A DNA stretch of 48,653 nucleotides from Chthonomonadales bacterium. Lineage in GTDB: Bacteria; Armatimonadota; Chthonomonadetes; Chthonomonadales; Chthonomonadaceae. The first letter of the stretch is position 1. Every line of letters starts with the position of its first letter. The notes beneath the pieces are model-generated. The model was given only the letters and a program-made list of their open reading frames with translations, was not told the origin of the DNA and ran no database searches. The DNA lies in the NCBI GenBank assembly GCA_038217285.1, contig JBBQPO010000011.1, positions 1-48,653 on the forward strand. The letters are read 5' to 3'. Below, in pieces: positions 38,636 to 48,607 of the stretch. A program made the position numbers and the translations under genes.

Positions 38636-40639
38636 CTACGCGCCGAAGAAGTTATAGGTACGTGCATTCAGGAGCACGCTCAACAAGGCCCATACGCTGC
38701 CCATCACGCAGTCGCCCAGGATGAGGCCCAGGAAGAACGGAACGAACTGCTTATAGCTCCGGAGGCCGCCGTAACGCAGTGTCACCCCTTTCAAGACCCA
38801 CGCGATGAACATCGGCAGCCATACCAGATTGATCGCCCAGGACGACGAGATCGCATAGCCGATCGGATGAAACGGAAACCCGAAGAAGCGCAGGCGGAGG
38901 GCGAACAGGGCCAGCGTTGTGCCCATGCCAATGAGTATGGCAAGGGTGGCCGGGCCATTTGGTTTCGGGTCGAGGGAGCCGCTGAACCAACTGTTGGTTC
39001 GATTGAACGCCTCCATCGCGTGCCCCGAACCCTGATTGAATTTCGAGGCGGCTCCCAGCGCATAAGCCTGATGCTCGAACGCCCAGAAGGCCCCGAGCGT
39101 ACCGAGGACGGTCGCCAACAGGATCGCGCAGAACATACGTCTGGCGTCCATGTGCCGCAGTTTCGCCATCTGTAGTCCTTCCAGGCCGACGGGCATGGTG
39201 TCGCTGCGGTGGGCACGGGTCAGGGCGTAACTGAACGTGAAAAAGGCCATATCTGCCGGTTTCAAAGTGGCGGAACCGACGAGACGGGGCAGCATCGAGT
39301 CCGGCCCCATGAAGTGAAAGTCGTGGACGGGAGCTCCGAGTTCCGCACGAATACGGGATATGACCGCGATGGTCGGAAGATAGAGTGCGAAGAAGGCGGC
39401 GGCGACCCACCAGGCGACCCCCGCTGTCAGGCAGAAGGCGATCAGGCCGACTGTTCCCAGGCCGAGTCCGAGAAGCGCCGCCCGGTCGCTCAGGGCTTCG
39501 GAAGTCCGTTGTGGCGGCGCACCCGGCCGCAAGGAGGCGAGGGCGTTCCGCCAGATCGCGCCATAAGTCTTGCGGCCGGTCCAGAGATAGAACAGAAACA
39601 GCCCCATGATACTCCCGAAGCCCTGCTCCTTGATGAACGGAAAGTCGGGCGTCGTGTCCCAGGACATCGCATTGGAGACGACGCCCTGCATTTTCCAGTC
39701 GAGAAAGAAGAACCAGCAGGAGAAGAGCAGATCGAGCGGAAGCAGGAAGCCCAGCCCGATGGCCAATGGATAGAAGGTGATGGGAAACCAGTCGATGGAG
39801 TTCCAGGGCTTGGCGGTAAAGAGCCCCTTCATATCCGTGATGCCCAGCGGCAGGGAGGGCAGCGAGGGATAGAGAAACGCCAGGCCGTTCCAGAGGCTGA
39901 GTCCGGCGGCGATCACGAAGCCAGCCCAGAGCAGGCGATTGCGGAAGAGAGTCGTGCCGACTCCGTCCTTAGTCATCTCGAGGGGCAGGCAGAGGATCGG
40001 AAAGGTCAGTCGTTCGTTGTCGGCCCACTGACGCCGTACGAGGACGTTGATACAGTTGGCGACGAAGAGCAGCAGCGTGATGAACCCGGTCCATGCCAGT
40101 ATTGGCACGATCCACACTTTCAGTATGGCGAGTCGGTAGAAGGTCGTATTGCCGATGTAGTGGCCGCGCACCGCCTCCGTGTCGGTCACGACGAGCCAGT
40201 GGGGAAACGCGCCTAAAAACGGCTCCCAGTGATGGACCGGCCCGAACCAGGCTCCGTGCGGCATCATCTGGCTGAGGATTCCGACGCCGTCCAGTCCGGC
40301 CAGTCCGGTCGAGATGGCGAGCATGGTGTAGAGGGTGAGGAGCTCACCCTGTGAAAATGCGGATTTCGGCGCAAGTCGTTTCAGCACGGCGTTGAGGCCG
40401 ACGAACAGGAACAGGACAAAGACGACGTTTGCGAAGAGTGAGATGGTAGAAGGGTAGGGGCCGAACATAACGCGTTCGAGTCGCACGATCCAGAAGGCGT
40501 TGATCGGGATCAGCACCGCACCGAGCGCCACGGCCCGAACGGTCACGCGTTGCGCGTGACCCGTCGGCGCGATGGCAACGGGAGGCTCCACAGCAGCGGG
40601 TCGTGTCGGGACCGGGTCGGTGCGTCTGGCTGGCTGCAT
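38636..40639 (-). CDS. DUF6785/DUF6784-like polytopic membrane protein (putative OPT-like transporter)
   Basis: RRQWADNERLTFP, FYPLAIGLGFLLPLDLLFSCWFF, RIRAELG, FPFHPIGY and RYGG....PFFLGLILGD motifs. Confidence 0.82.
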   Translation of the reverse strand: MQPARRTDPVPTRPAAVEPPVAIAPTGHAQRVTVRAVALGAVLIPINAFWIVRLERVMFGPYPSTISLFANVVFVLFLFVGLNAVLKRLAPKSAFSQGELLTLYTMLAISTGLAGLDGVGILSQMMPHGAWFGPVHHWEPFLGAFPHWLVVTDTEAVRGHYIGNTTFYRLAILKVWIVPILAWTGFITLLLFVANCINVLVRRQWADNERLTFPILCLPLEMTKDGVGTTLFRNRLLWAGFVIAAGLSLWNGLAFLYPSLPSLPLGITDMKGLFTAKPWNSIDWFPITFYPLAIGLGFLLPLDLLFSCWFFFLDWKMQGVVSNAMSWDTTPDFPFIKEQGFGSIMGLFLFYLWTGRKTYGAIWRNALASLRPGAPPQRTSEALSDRAALLGLGLGTVGLIAFCLTAGVAWWVAAAFFALYLPTIAVISRIRAELGAPVHDFHFMGPDSMLPRLVGSATLKPADMAFFTFSYALTRAHRSDTMPVGLEGLQMAKLRHMDARRMFCAILLATVLGTLGAFWAFEHQAYALGAASKFNQGSGHAMEAFNRTNSWFSGSLDPKPNGPATLAILIGMGTTLALFALRLRFFGFPFHPIGYAISSSWAINLVWLPMFIAWVLKGVTLRYGGLRSYKQFVPFFLGLILGDCVMGSVWALLSVLLNARTYNFFGA

Positions 40640-40676
40640 AGTTAAACTCTGTTCGGTCGTGATTCGAGAGGAGAGA

Positions 40677-41939
40677 ATGATGTTCGGAAAAGGTACCACG
40701 CTCTTTGTCGCCGCGCTCTGCTGCGTCGGCTTCCTTGCGGCCACCGTTTCACAGGCACAGGAAGCGGCACAGGTTCTCCGCGCTGCGGCAGGCAAACAAG
40801 ATATTACCCCGAAGAACCCTGTCTTCATGGCAGGCTATGGCATGGATCGCAAAAGTATCGACGCGCACGATCCTTTGATGGCGCGCTGTCTCGTGCTTGA
40901 GTCTGGACGGACCCGGATCGCGTTCGTCTCCTGCGATCTGCTGGGTGTTCCGCGCTATCAGATCGAGAAGATACGGGCGATGGTCAAGAGCGTCACTCCG
41001 GAACATCTCTATATCTCCGCGACCCATACGCATTCCGGTCCCGATCCGCTGGGGCAGTGGGGTCCGGACATTCAGACGTCGGGCGTCGATCACGCCTGGA
41101 TGGCCTCGTTTCGGGAGGGCGTGGCCCGTCTGGTAGACGCGACGGCCGCCCGTCTTCAGCCCGCCGCCGTCCGTTTCGCCAGTACGACGAAGGTTCCGCG
41201 TATCTCCAAGAATATCCGTGTGCCACGCATACTAGACACGGAACTGGGCGTCATGCAGGTCGTCGAGTCCGTCGGCAGCAAGCCCATCGCGACCTTCGTC
41301 AACTATGCCTGCCATCCCGAAATCATGAATACGCACCATATGACGGCCGACTTTCCACACTGGCTGTATGATACGGTCGAGAGTGGCGGCGGCGGAATCT
41401 GCCTCTACCTCAACGGCGCACAGGGCGGCATGGTGACCGCCGATTTCGACGAGTCGACGACCCCCAAGGGTGAGAACTGGCAGGCGGCGGAGGCCATCGG
41501 AACGAGCCTCGGAAAGCGGGTGCTGGAACTGATCGAGGGAACGACCGTGGTACGAAATGTTCCGATCACGACCGGCCGACGCGTGTTTGAGGTGCCGCTC
41601 GACAATCCGCGTTTTAAGGCATTGGTCGCGTTGAAGATCTTTCCCAAAGCCGAAATGAAAGGGGCCAACCTCGAAACGGAAGTCTGCCGTATCACCATCG
41701 GCGAGGCGGAGTTTCTGACCTTGCCTGGTGAGGTGCTGCCGAACATCGGGTTCTATCTGAAAAGCCTGATGCACGGTAAGCCGAAATTTCTTCTCGGTTT
41801 GACCAGCGACGAACTTGGCTACATCCTTACTCCGGAGGACTACGGACTGGAACTGTACCACTATGAAGCCAGCGTCTCGGTCGGCAGTCAACTGGAGCCG
41901 CTCATGGTGCAGAACCTTCGGGCGCTCATGGCGCGTTGA
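40677..41939 (+). CDS. Secreted neutral-ceramidase-like metallohydrolase
   Basis: DITP...MAGYG, HDPL.AR, SATHTHSGP, NYACHP, ADFP, NGAQG and PGE motifs; GAGGAG RBS. Confidence 0.85.
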   Translation: MMFGKGTTLFVAALCCVGFLAATVSQAQEAAQVLRAAAGKQDITPKNPVFMAGYGMDRKSIDAHDPLMARCLVLESGRTRIAFVSCDLLGVPRYQIEKIRAMVKSVTPEHLYISATHTHSGPDPLGQWGPDIQTSGVDHAWMASFREGVARLVDATAARLQPAAVRFASTTKVPRISKNIRVPRILDTELGVMQVVESVGSKPIATFVNYACHPEIMNTHHMTADFPHWLYDTVESGGGGICLYLNGAQGGMVTADFDESTTPKGENWQAAEAIGTSLGKRVLELIEGTTVVRNVPITTGRRVFEVPLDNPRFKALVALKIFPKAEMKGANLETEVCRITIGEAEFLTLPGEVLPNIGFYLKSLMHGKPKFLLGLTSDELGYILTPEDYGLELYHYEASVSVGSQLEPLMVQNLRALMAR

Positions 41940-41997
41940 ACTCCTGTCGCCCTGGCGTCGCGACGACGAGTTTCCGGCTCTTTCCCATTTGTGCAGG

Positions 41998-42026
41998 TTG
42001 CAATGTTGCGCCGATTCGCGTACAAT
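41998..42026 (+). promoter_or_regulatory. sigma70-type promoter
   Basis: TTGCAA-N17-TACAAT. Confidence 0.6.
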
Positions 42027-42069
42027 GGGACTAGGAAGAGTAACATAATCGTGGACGAGGGGTGAGGGT

Positions 42070-42630
42070 ATGACGCAGACAGAGGCGCAACGACGAGAAA
42101 GGATCACAGGCTCAGGACGGATTCGACGCGCGAAAACCGGCGATGTCATCGCGATGCAGCAGATCATCAACGGGTTTGCGGATGGTGGCGCGATGCTGCA
42201 CCGGAGCCTGAGCCAGCTCTACGAGAACATTCGAGACTTCTTCGTGATCGAAGAGGAGGGCCGGATCGTAGGATGCGCCGCGTTGCATGTGACGTGGCGG
42301 GATCTGGCGGAGCTGAAGTCGCTGGCGGTCGCCGTGGCGGCACAGGGACGGGGATACGGCAAAGAGTTGATCGAAGCGTGTCTTCTGGAGGCCGAGGAGG
42401 TCGGAATCTCCCGCGTGTTTGCCCTGACGTATGTGCCGGATCTGTTTGTCAAGTCGGCGTTTCAGGTCGTCGATAAGTCGGTTCTGCCACGGAAAGTTTG
42501 GACGGAATGTGTCTACTGCCCCAAATTCCCCGACTGCGGCGAGATCGCCGTCATGCGCGGCATTGGGGGAGCGGGGCTCGAATGTGAACCCGATGTTCTG
42601 CCGTTGACGCTGGAGCTGAGGCCACGATGA
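42070..42630 (+). CDS. GNAT acetyltransferase, short ArgA-type (N-acetylglutamate synthase-like)
   Basis: MLHRSLSQLYENIRDF, LAELKSLAV, QGRGYG and KVWTECVYCPKFPDC.E motifs. Confidence 0.88.
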   Translation: MTQTEAQRRERITGSGRIRRAKTGDVIAMQQIINGFADGGAMLHRSLSQLYENIRDFFVIEEEGRIVGCAALHVTWRDLAELKSLAVAVAAQGRGYGKELIEACLLEAEEVGISRVFALTYVPDLFVKSAFQVVDKSVLPRKVWTECVYCPKFPDCGEIAVMRGIGGAGLECEPDVLPLTLELRPR

Positions 42631-42896
42631 ACGAGGAACCGGGTGGGGGAAACGAGGATCCGCGGGACGCAGTCAGGCTGCTCCGTCGCTTACGCCCACT
42701 GGGTGACATCGGGGAGGACCAGACAGCGCAACCGGCGTTGCGTCCGCCCACGGGAGCGCTCTGCGAAAAGTGCCGGGGCGAGTGGGTGTCTTCACTGCCC
42801 TATTTCTGTGCCGGAAACGGCTTAGCCTACAGCCCGATCGCAGACGACATCTATTGCCAGCGCTGTGGACACGTCGGCCCACCCGATTTCGCCTAA
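42627..42896 (+). CDS. Small putative zinc-ribbon protein
   Basis: ATGA overlap with the upstream gene; CEKC ... CQRCGH. Confidence 0.6.
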   Translation: MNEEPGGGNEDPRDAVRLLRRLRPLGDIGEDQTAQPALRPPTGALCEKCRGEWVSSLPYFCAGNGLAYSPIADDIYCQRCGHVGPPDFA

Positions 42897-42989
42897 GCGG
42901 TCAACCGCTGAAGGCTCGTATTTTTTCGAGATCAGCGTACTTGCGATTTCTACGAACGTTGACCGAGCGCCTACTTAGGCGAAACTATA

Positions 42990-43062
42990 TCGGAGTGACA
43001 GGATTCGAACCTGCGACCTGATCGTCCCAAACGACCCGCGCTACCAACTGCGCTACACTCCG
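42990..43062 (-). tRNA. tRNA-Pro(UGG), CCA not encoded
   Basis: Reverse complement CGGAGTG...GGTCG-TTTGGGA-CGATC...GTTCGAATC...CACTCCGA. Confidence 0.96.
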
Positions 43063-43093
43063 CCAACCGCGTGACAATCGTACGACCGGGTGT

Positions 43094-43122
43094 ATTATAT
43101 GGCAAGTGGGGCCGGAAGTCAA
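43094..43122 (-). promoter_or_regulatory. sigma70 promoter for tRNA-Pro
   Basis: TTGACT-N17-TATAAT. Confidence 0.85.
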
Positions 43123-43162
43123 GGAACGACGGGTATGCGGCAGGCTTAAGATGGGATGAGGA

Positions 43163-44461
43163 GTGTTTATGTATCGGTTCTCATGGTGCTTCTGGTTGTT
43201 GGCTCTCGTCGGCCTGAACTCCCTTTCGTTCGCTGCCGAACAGGAGAAGAGCGGGGTTTGGTCACCGAAACTGTTCCCGATCACGTTTTGGTGCGGCCCC
43301 CCGGAGCCGTACATCACGCTGGAACAGTACCGCGCGATTGCAGATGCCGGATTTTCGGTGGTGATGCCGCCCTGTGAGGGGGTGGCCACGGCAGCGCGCA
43401 ATCGGAAGATACTGGAGTTGGCGGCGAAGACCGGGTTGAAAGCGGTCATCAGCGATGCGCGCATGCCGCTTACGTTGTCCAACAACCCCGCAGGCAGGAC
43501 GGCGTTGCGAGATATCGTCAACGACTATCGCAAGAGTACGGCCCTGATGGGCTATTTTCTCACAGACGAACCGGGCGCAAACGCGTTCGGGGAGTTGGCC
43601 GAAGTCGTCACGGAACTGCATCGCCTCGACCCGAACCGCATGGTCTTCATCAACCTGCTGCCGAACTACGCCACCACCGACCTGACCGCCAACCCCAGTC
43701 AACTCAACAGCCTCACCTATGCCCAGTATCTCAGTCGGTTTATGGAGGTTGTGAAGCCCGACGTCCTGAGCTGGGATCACTACGCTCTCTTGACGGATGG
43801 AGACAGGCCTGGATTTTTCAGCAATCTCGCTGCCGGGCAGCGCGCTTCCAACGCCACGCAGCCCGCGACCCCTTTCTGGCAGATCGTGCTCTCTGTGCAG
43901 CACGGACCCTATAGAGCGTTGACGGAAAATGAGCTCCGTTTCGAAGCCATGCAGTCGCTGGTGTATGGGGCCAAAGGTCTGGCCTACTTCACCTACTGGG
44001 AGCCGAACGATCCGTCGTTCCACTGGAGCCACACGATCCGCAATCGGGATGGCAGTCCGGGGCCACTCTATGCGCCGGTACGCAAAGTCAATGCCGAGGT
44101 CCGGGCGCTGGCTGCGTGGCTTTACGACGCGCAGGTCGATGAGACCTTTCAGTCTGGTACGATCCCGCCTGATGGAACGGCGGCAACCGACGAGTCGCTT
44201 GTCAAGGTCACCGGAGCGGGGAATCTGACGGTCGGGACGTTTCGTGGAACGAAAGGTTACTTCTACGTGATGGTGACGAACCGGGACTATCGGGCTGCAA
44301 CGAAGGGCCAGTTGACGCTCAACACTGTCAAGCGCGCGGTAGAGCAGCTCGACTTGAAGACCGGCAAATGGAGCTCGTGGGCCGGCAAACAGGGTGACGG
44401 GACGGTGAGTGGAGAAGTCGTTCTCGACCCGGCAGGAGCGGCCTTACTGCGGTGGCAGTAG
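43163..44461 (+). CDS. Secreted glycoside-hydrolase-like (TIM barrel) protein
   Basis: Signal peptide; GYFLTDEP, FINLLPNY, SWDHY, PFWQIV and GAKGLAYFTYW motifs. Confidence 0.75.
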   Translation: MFMYRFSWCFWLLALVGLNSLSFAAEQEKSGVWSPKLFPITFWCGPPEPYITLEQYRAIADAGFSVVMPPCEGVATAARNRKILELAAKTGLKAVISDARMPLTLSNNPAGRTALRDIVNDYRKSTALMGYFLTDEPGANAFGELAEVVTELHRLDPNRMVFINLLPNYATTDLTANPSQLNSLTYAQYLSRFMEVVKPDVLSWDHYALLTDGDRPGFFSNLAAGQRASNATQPATPFWQIVLSVQHGPYRALTENELRFEAMQSLVYGAKGLAYFTYWEPNDPSFHWSHTIRNRDGSPGPLYAPVRKVNAEVRALAAWLYDAQVDETFQSGTIPPDGTAATDESLVKVTGAGNLTVGTFRGTKGYFYVMVTNRDYRAATKGQLTLNTVKRAVEQLDLKTGKWSSWAGKQGDGTVSGEVVLDPAGAALLRWQ

Positions 44462-44488
44462 CGGATCCTTCGCCAGGGGAGGGCCGGT

Positions 44489-45409
44489 CTAGCCGCGCAA
44501 GGAGTTTTTGAGTACGAACCAGAGGTTCGCGGGGCGTTCTGCCAGCCGACGCATCATATACGGGTACCAGTGTGTGCCGAAGGGTGTGTAGACGCGCACA
44601 CGGTAGCCGTCGTTGACGAGATGTGTTTGAAGGTCGCGGCGGATGCCGAAGAGCATCTGGAACTCGAACCTCTCCGGGCCGATGTCGTTTGCCGTCGCGA
44701 ACGCCCGTGTCGCCTCGATTATCTTCTCATCGTGCGTGGCGATACCGGGATAGTTCCCGTCTTGTAGCAGACGCTCCATCAGGCGGACATAGTTGGCATC
44801 GACGTCGGCTTTCACAGGAAACGCGACGGCTTCCGGCTCTTTATAGGCGCCTTTGCAGAGCCGGACGCGCGCGCCCATCGTGATGAGCCTCTCGACATCC
44901 TCGGCGCTCCGACGCAGGTAGGACTGTATCACGGCACCGACATTGCGATACGACTGCGGACTGTTCCAGAGCCGATAGAAAAGATCGAGGGTGCGCTCCG
45001 TATAGTCGGAGCCCTCCATATCGATACGCACGAACTGCTCGGGACCGGCGGCGTTTAACAGCCGTTCCATACGACGGTAACAGAGTTCAGAGTCGATGTC
45101 CAGCCCCAGTGCGGTTAATTTTATCGAGACATTTGCGTTCAGACTCTGCGCGTGGATCGTCTGGAAGAGTTGCAGATAGGTGTCGAGAACCTGAGCAGAC
45201 TCCTGCTCGTTTTGCACACTTTCGCCCAGCAGGTCGAGCGTCGCCGAAATGCCGAGCGCGTTCAGGGCTTGAACGGGAGCTATCACGTCTGCGACGGACT
45301 CTCCAGCGACGAACCGACCGGCGGAGCGGACGGCCAAGCCGTTGTTCCGCACAAACGACTCCATTTTTTTGTTGCCCGCCATCTGAAGCAGAAGGGTTCG
45401 TCCATTCAT
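44489..45409 (-). CDS. Monofunctional proline dehydrogenase
   Basis: RFVAGE, SIKLTALGL, RIDME, QSYL, RLCKGAY.E, ATHD, EFQMLFG and YMMRRLAERPAN motifs. Confidence 0.95.
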   Translation of the reverse strand: MNGRTLLLQMAGNKKMESFVRNNGLAVRSAGRFVAGESVADVIAPVQALNALGISATLDLLGESVQNEQESAQVLDTYLQLFQTIHAQSLNANVSIKLTALGLDIDSELCYRRMERLLNAAGPEQFVRIDMEGSDYTERTLDLFYRLWNSPQSYRNVGAVIQSYLRRSAEDVERLITMGARVRLCKGAYKEPEAVAFPVKADVDANYVRLMERLLQDGNYPGIATHDEKIIEATRAFATANDIGPERFEFQMLFGIRRDLQTHLVNDGYRVRVYTPFGTHWYPYMMRRLAERPANLWFVLKNSLRG

Positions 45410-45636
45410 AGTTCCGTCGTTGCCCTGTTCTCAAGCATGTTTGAAATGGCACCGACCACCCTTTGCAGCGGGGCGATGCTCTCTCTTAGAATACGTTGTC
45501 CGAGCCATTTCCGTTGCCTGCCTGCGGCAAACGGCCATTTCGGGAGGAATCCCGGAATACGAGAGCGAAAGAGGGGCGGCAGGCGGCCTGCAACTTTCCG
45601 AGACAGAGCCCTGTCTCTCTTACAACCGAGGTGACA

Positions 45637-46728
45637 ATGAACAGCATTTACGATCTGGACACTCCGACGCTGCTGGTGGACAGCGACCGCCTGGAGCGCA
45701 ATATCGCCGAGATGGCAGCGAGGGTGGGGGCGGGCGGAAAAGCGTTACGGCCGCACATGAAGACCCACAAAACTCCGGAAATCGCGCGAATGCAGCTTGC
45801 GGCGGGAGCAGCTGGCCTGACGGTCGCGAAGCTGGGTGAGGCCGAAGTGATGACCTACGCCGGCTGTAGAGATCTGTTCATCGCGAACGAAATCGTCGGC
45901 GCCATTAAAGTGCAGCGGCTGATGTCTCTTCTGGACCACGCGAAGATACGGGTTGGGACCGACAGTATGGAGGTGGCTGGACCGATCGGGGTGGCAGCGA
46001 AGGCGCGAGGACTTCAGGTTCCGATCATGATAGAGGTCGATACCGGCCTGGGACGCGCCGGAACTCGCTCGCTCGGGGAGACACTGCTGCTGGCCAAACT
46101 TGTGACCGATCACGCGGGGCTTGAGTTTCTGGGTATTTTTACGCACGAAGGCCATCTCTATCGGGGTAAAGAGGGGTGTGTGGACGCAGAAGCCGCCGCT
46201 TCGGTCGCCGCGCAGATGCGACAAACCGCCTCGGCTTTACGGGACCAGGGTACGCCATGTTCGGTGGTGAGCGTCGGCTCGACGCCAGGCGCGGCGCTGC
46301 TGGCCCCGGAACCCGATCTGACGGAACTGCGGCCCGGAGTTTATGTTTTCAACGACTGCACGCAGGTGCGGCGAGGCGCACCTGCGGACCACTGTGCGCT
46401 TACGGTGCTCGCGACGATCATCAGCGTGCGGTCGGATGGGCGGGTGGTGATCGACGCGGGGACGAAGTCTCTTGCGAGCGACAACCCGTTCGCCGAGAAG
46501 ACCTTCGGCGAAGTTCTGGACCATCCGGAACTGACATTCGTGGGCATCAGCGAAGAGCATGGTCACCTCTTCGCCACGGGCGACGTGTCGCTCAAAGTGG
46601 GAGACAAAATCCGCATCATTCCCAACCATGCCTGCACCTGCGTCAATATGCACAACTCGCTGACCACCTTTCGCGACGAGACGGTCGAAGAGACGCTTTA
46701 TATCGCTGGTCGAGGCAAAATACGGTAA
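45637..46728 (+). CDS. PLP-dependent D-threonine aldolase / D-serine dehydratase (DSD1) family protein
   Basis: LDTPTLLVD, LRPHMKTHK, ELRPGVYVFND, DAGTK, SEEHG and IPNHAC motifs. Confidence 0.92.
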   Translation: MNSIYDLDTPTLLVDSDRLERNIAEMAARVGAGGKALRPHMKTHKTPEIARMQLAAGAAGLTVAKLGEAEVMTYAGCRDLFIANEIVGAIKVQRLMSLLDHAKIRVGTDSMEVAGPIGVAAKARGLQVPIMIEVDTGLGRAGTRSLGETLLLAKLVTDHAGLEFLGIFTHEGHLYRGKEGCVDAEAAASVAAQMRQTASALRDQGTPCSVVSVGSTPGAALLAPEPDLTELRPGVYVFNDCTQVRRGAPADHCALTVLATIISVRSDGRVVIDAGTKSLASDNPFAEKTFGEVLDHPELTFVGISEEHGHLFATGDVSLKVGDKIRIIPNHACTCVNMHNSLTTFRDETVEETLYIAGRGKIR

Positions 46729-46840
46729 GGAGCGACGTCCGGTTATGCACGTCCTGCGTCGCATAGAGTTTTAGTACGGTCGGTGTGGCGGGACTGGCCC
46801 TCCCGACTGTCAATCACGAATGAGGAGTGTCTCTTTTTAT

Positions 46841-48562
46841 ATGAAAGCATCGCAACTGTTCTTTCCGACCCTGCGCGAGGTTCCCCGTGAAGCGGAACTG
46901 ACGAGCCATCAACTTCTGCTGCGCGGCGGCTTCGTTCGCAGCGTCGCCGCCGGCGTCTACTCGTATCTGCCGCTCGGTTGGCGTGTGCATGAGAAGATCG
47001 CGCAGATCGTGCGGGAAGAGGCCAACGCCTTCGGCGGGCAGGAGATCCACATGCCGGTCCTGGTGCCGAAAGAGCTTCTGGACGAAACCGGTCGGTCGGC
47101 GGTTCCCGTTCTGTTTGGCCTGAAGGATCGGAACAAGCGGGAGTTTTTTCTGGGATTTACGCATGAGGAGGTCGTGACCGACATCATTCGCAACACGATC
47201 CATTCGTGGAAGCAGATGCCGCTCTATCTCTATCAGATCCAGACCAAAGAGCGGGACGAGCCCCGGCCTCGTGGCGGATTGATCCGGGGCCGCGAGTTCA
47301 CGATGTTCGACGGCTACTCCTTCGACTACAGCGAAGAGGGGCTGGATGCGATCTATCGGGCCAACTATGCGGCCTACGGAAGGGTCTTTCGGCGCTGCGG
47401 TCTGGAGTATCTGGCCGTTGAGGCCGATCCCGGCGCCATCGGCGGCAGCGAGAACCATGAGTTCATGGTGCTGACCGAAAATGGGGAGGACACGGTTCTA
47501 CGGTGCGATACCTGTTCGTATGCCGCCAATGCGGAGCGCGCAGAGGTGCCTCTGAATACGGCTTCTGAGCGAGAGGCCCCGCTGCCTGCAGAGGTCGTGG
47601 CGACGCCGGGAGCCCATACGATCGAGGAGGTGAGCGTGTTCTTGTCGGTGCCAGCCCAGCGCCTCATCAAGACCATTATCTGCACCGCCGACGGGAAACC
47701 TGTGGCCGCGCTGGTGCGGGGAGATCGAGAGTTGAACCTGCCGAAATTTGCGCGTGTGGTGGGGGCGAAATCGGTGGAACTTGCGGATGTACCGACGGTG
47801 ATGCGGGTTACCGGCGCGCCTATCGGTTTTGCAGGGCCTGTCGGACTGGCGGAGTCGCTGCCGATCTATGCGGACCAGGAACTCCGCGAGGGCGGGAACT
47901 ACATTGTCGGGGCAAATGTGGCGGACGCCCACACGCGCAACGTCACCCCCGACCATGATTTCACGGTGTTGGAGTGGGGCGACATACGCACGGCTGTCGC
48001 GGGGGACCGCTGCGCCCGATGTGAGGATGGGCATCTGACGGATGCCCGTGGGATCGAGGTCGGGCACATCTTCAAACTCGGGACCAAGTACAGCAAAGAT
48101 ATGCAGGCGCTCTACCAGAGTGAAAGCGGTGAGAAACTGCCGGTTCTCATGGGCTGCTACGGCCTGGGCGTGAGTCGAACGATGGCCTCCGCCATCGAGG
48201 CGAACCACGATGCGCAGGGGATCGTCTGGCCAATCAACATCGCACCGTTCACCGTGAGCATCGTGATCGCCAATATGAAGGACGAGGCGCAGGTGGCGGC
48301 CGGAACGAAACTCTACCAGGAGTTGCGCGAATTGAGAGTGGATGTTCTGTTCGACGAACGTGAAGAGCGGGCCGGGGTCAAGTTCAAAGATATGGAACTC
48401 ATCGGTATCCCAATTATGGTCGTGGTGGGGAAGGGACTGGCGACGGGTGAGGTCGAGATTGGTCTGCGCCGCGAACTGGGTACGCGTTCTGCGGTGGCGG
48501 TGGCGGAAGCGGCGGCGTATGTCGCTGATCTTATCGCGACGGAAGAGGCCCGATTAAGGTAA
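46841..48562 (+). CDS. proS: Proline--tRNA ligase (bacterial type with editing insertion)
   Basis: THEE, RDEPRPRGGLIRGREF, YAAN.E, GIEVGHIFKLGTKYS and MGCYG.GVSR motifs. Confidence 0.97.
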   Translation: MKASQLFFPTLREVPREAELTSHQLLLRGGFVRSVAAGVYSYLPLGWRVHEKIAQIVREEANAFGGQEIHMPVLVPKELLDETGRSAVPVLFGLKDRNKREFFLGFTHEEVVTDIIRNTIHSWKQMPLYLYQIQTKERDEPRPRGGLIRGREFTMFDGYSFDYSEEGLDAIYRANYAAYGRVFRRCGLEYLAVEADPGAIGGSENHEFMVLTENGEDTVLRCDTCSYAANAERAEVPLNTASEREAPLPAEVVATPGAHTIEEVSVFLSVPAQRLIKTIICTADGKPVAALVRGDRELNLPKFARVVGAKSVELADVPTVMRVTGAPIGFAGPVGLAESLPIYADQELREGGNYIVGANVADAHTRNVTPDHDFTVLEWGDIRTAVAGDRCARCEDGHLTDARGIEVGHIFKLGTKYSKDMQALYQSESGEKLPVLMGCYGLGVSRTMASAIEANHDAQGIVWPINIAPFTVSIVIANMKDEAQVAAGTKLYQELRELRVDVLFDEREERAGVKFKDMELIGIPIMVVVGKGLATGEVEIGLRRELGTRSAVAVAEAAAYVADLIATEEARLR

Positions 48563-48582
48563 AGCCGGTTCCTGTGTGAGAG

Positions 48583-48607
48583 CGGGCCGCGTTGCGGCCC
48601 GATTTTT
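48583..48607 (+). terminator. Intrinsic terminator of proS
   Basis: CGGGCCGC-GTT-GCGGCCCG-ATTTTT. Confidence 0.8.

Noticed and set aside
45447..45467. TGGCAC...TTGCA as a sigma54 promoter
   Set aside because: GG-to-GC spacing is longer than the required 10 nt
46729..46840. T-box leader for proS
   Set aside because: Intergenic space is too short and there is no T-box consensus
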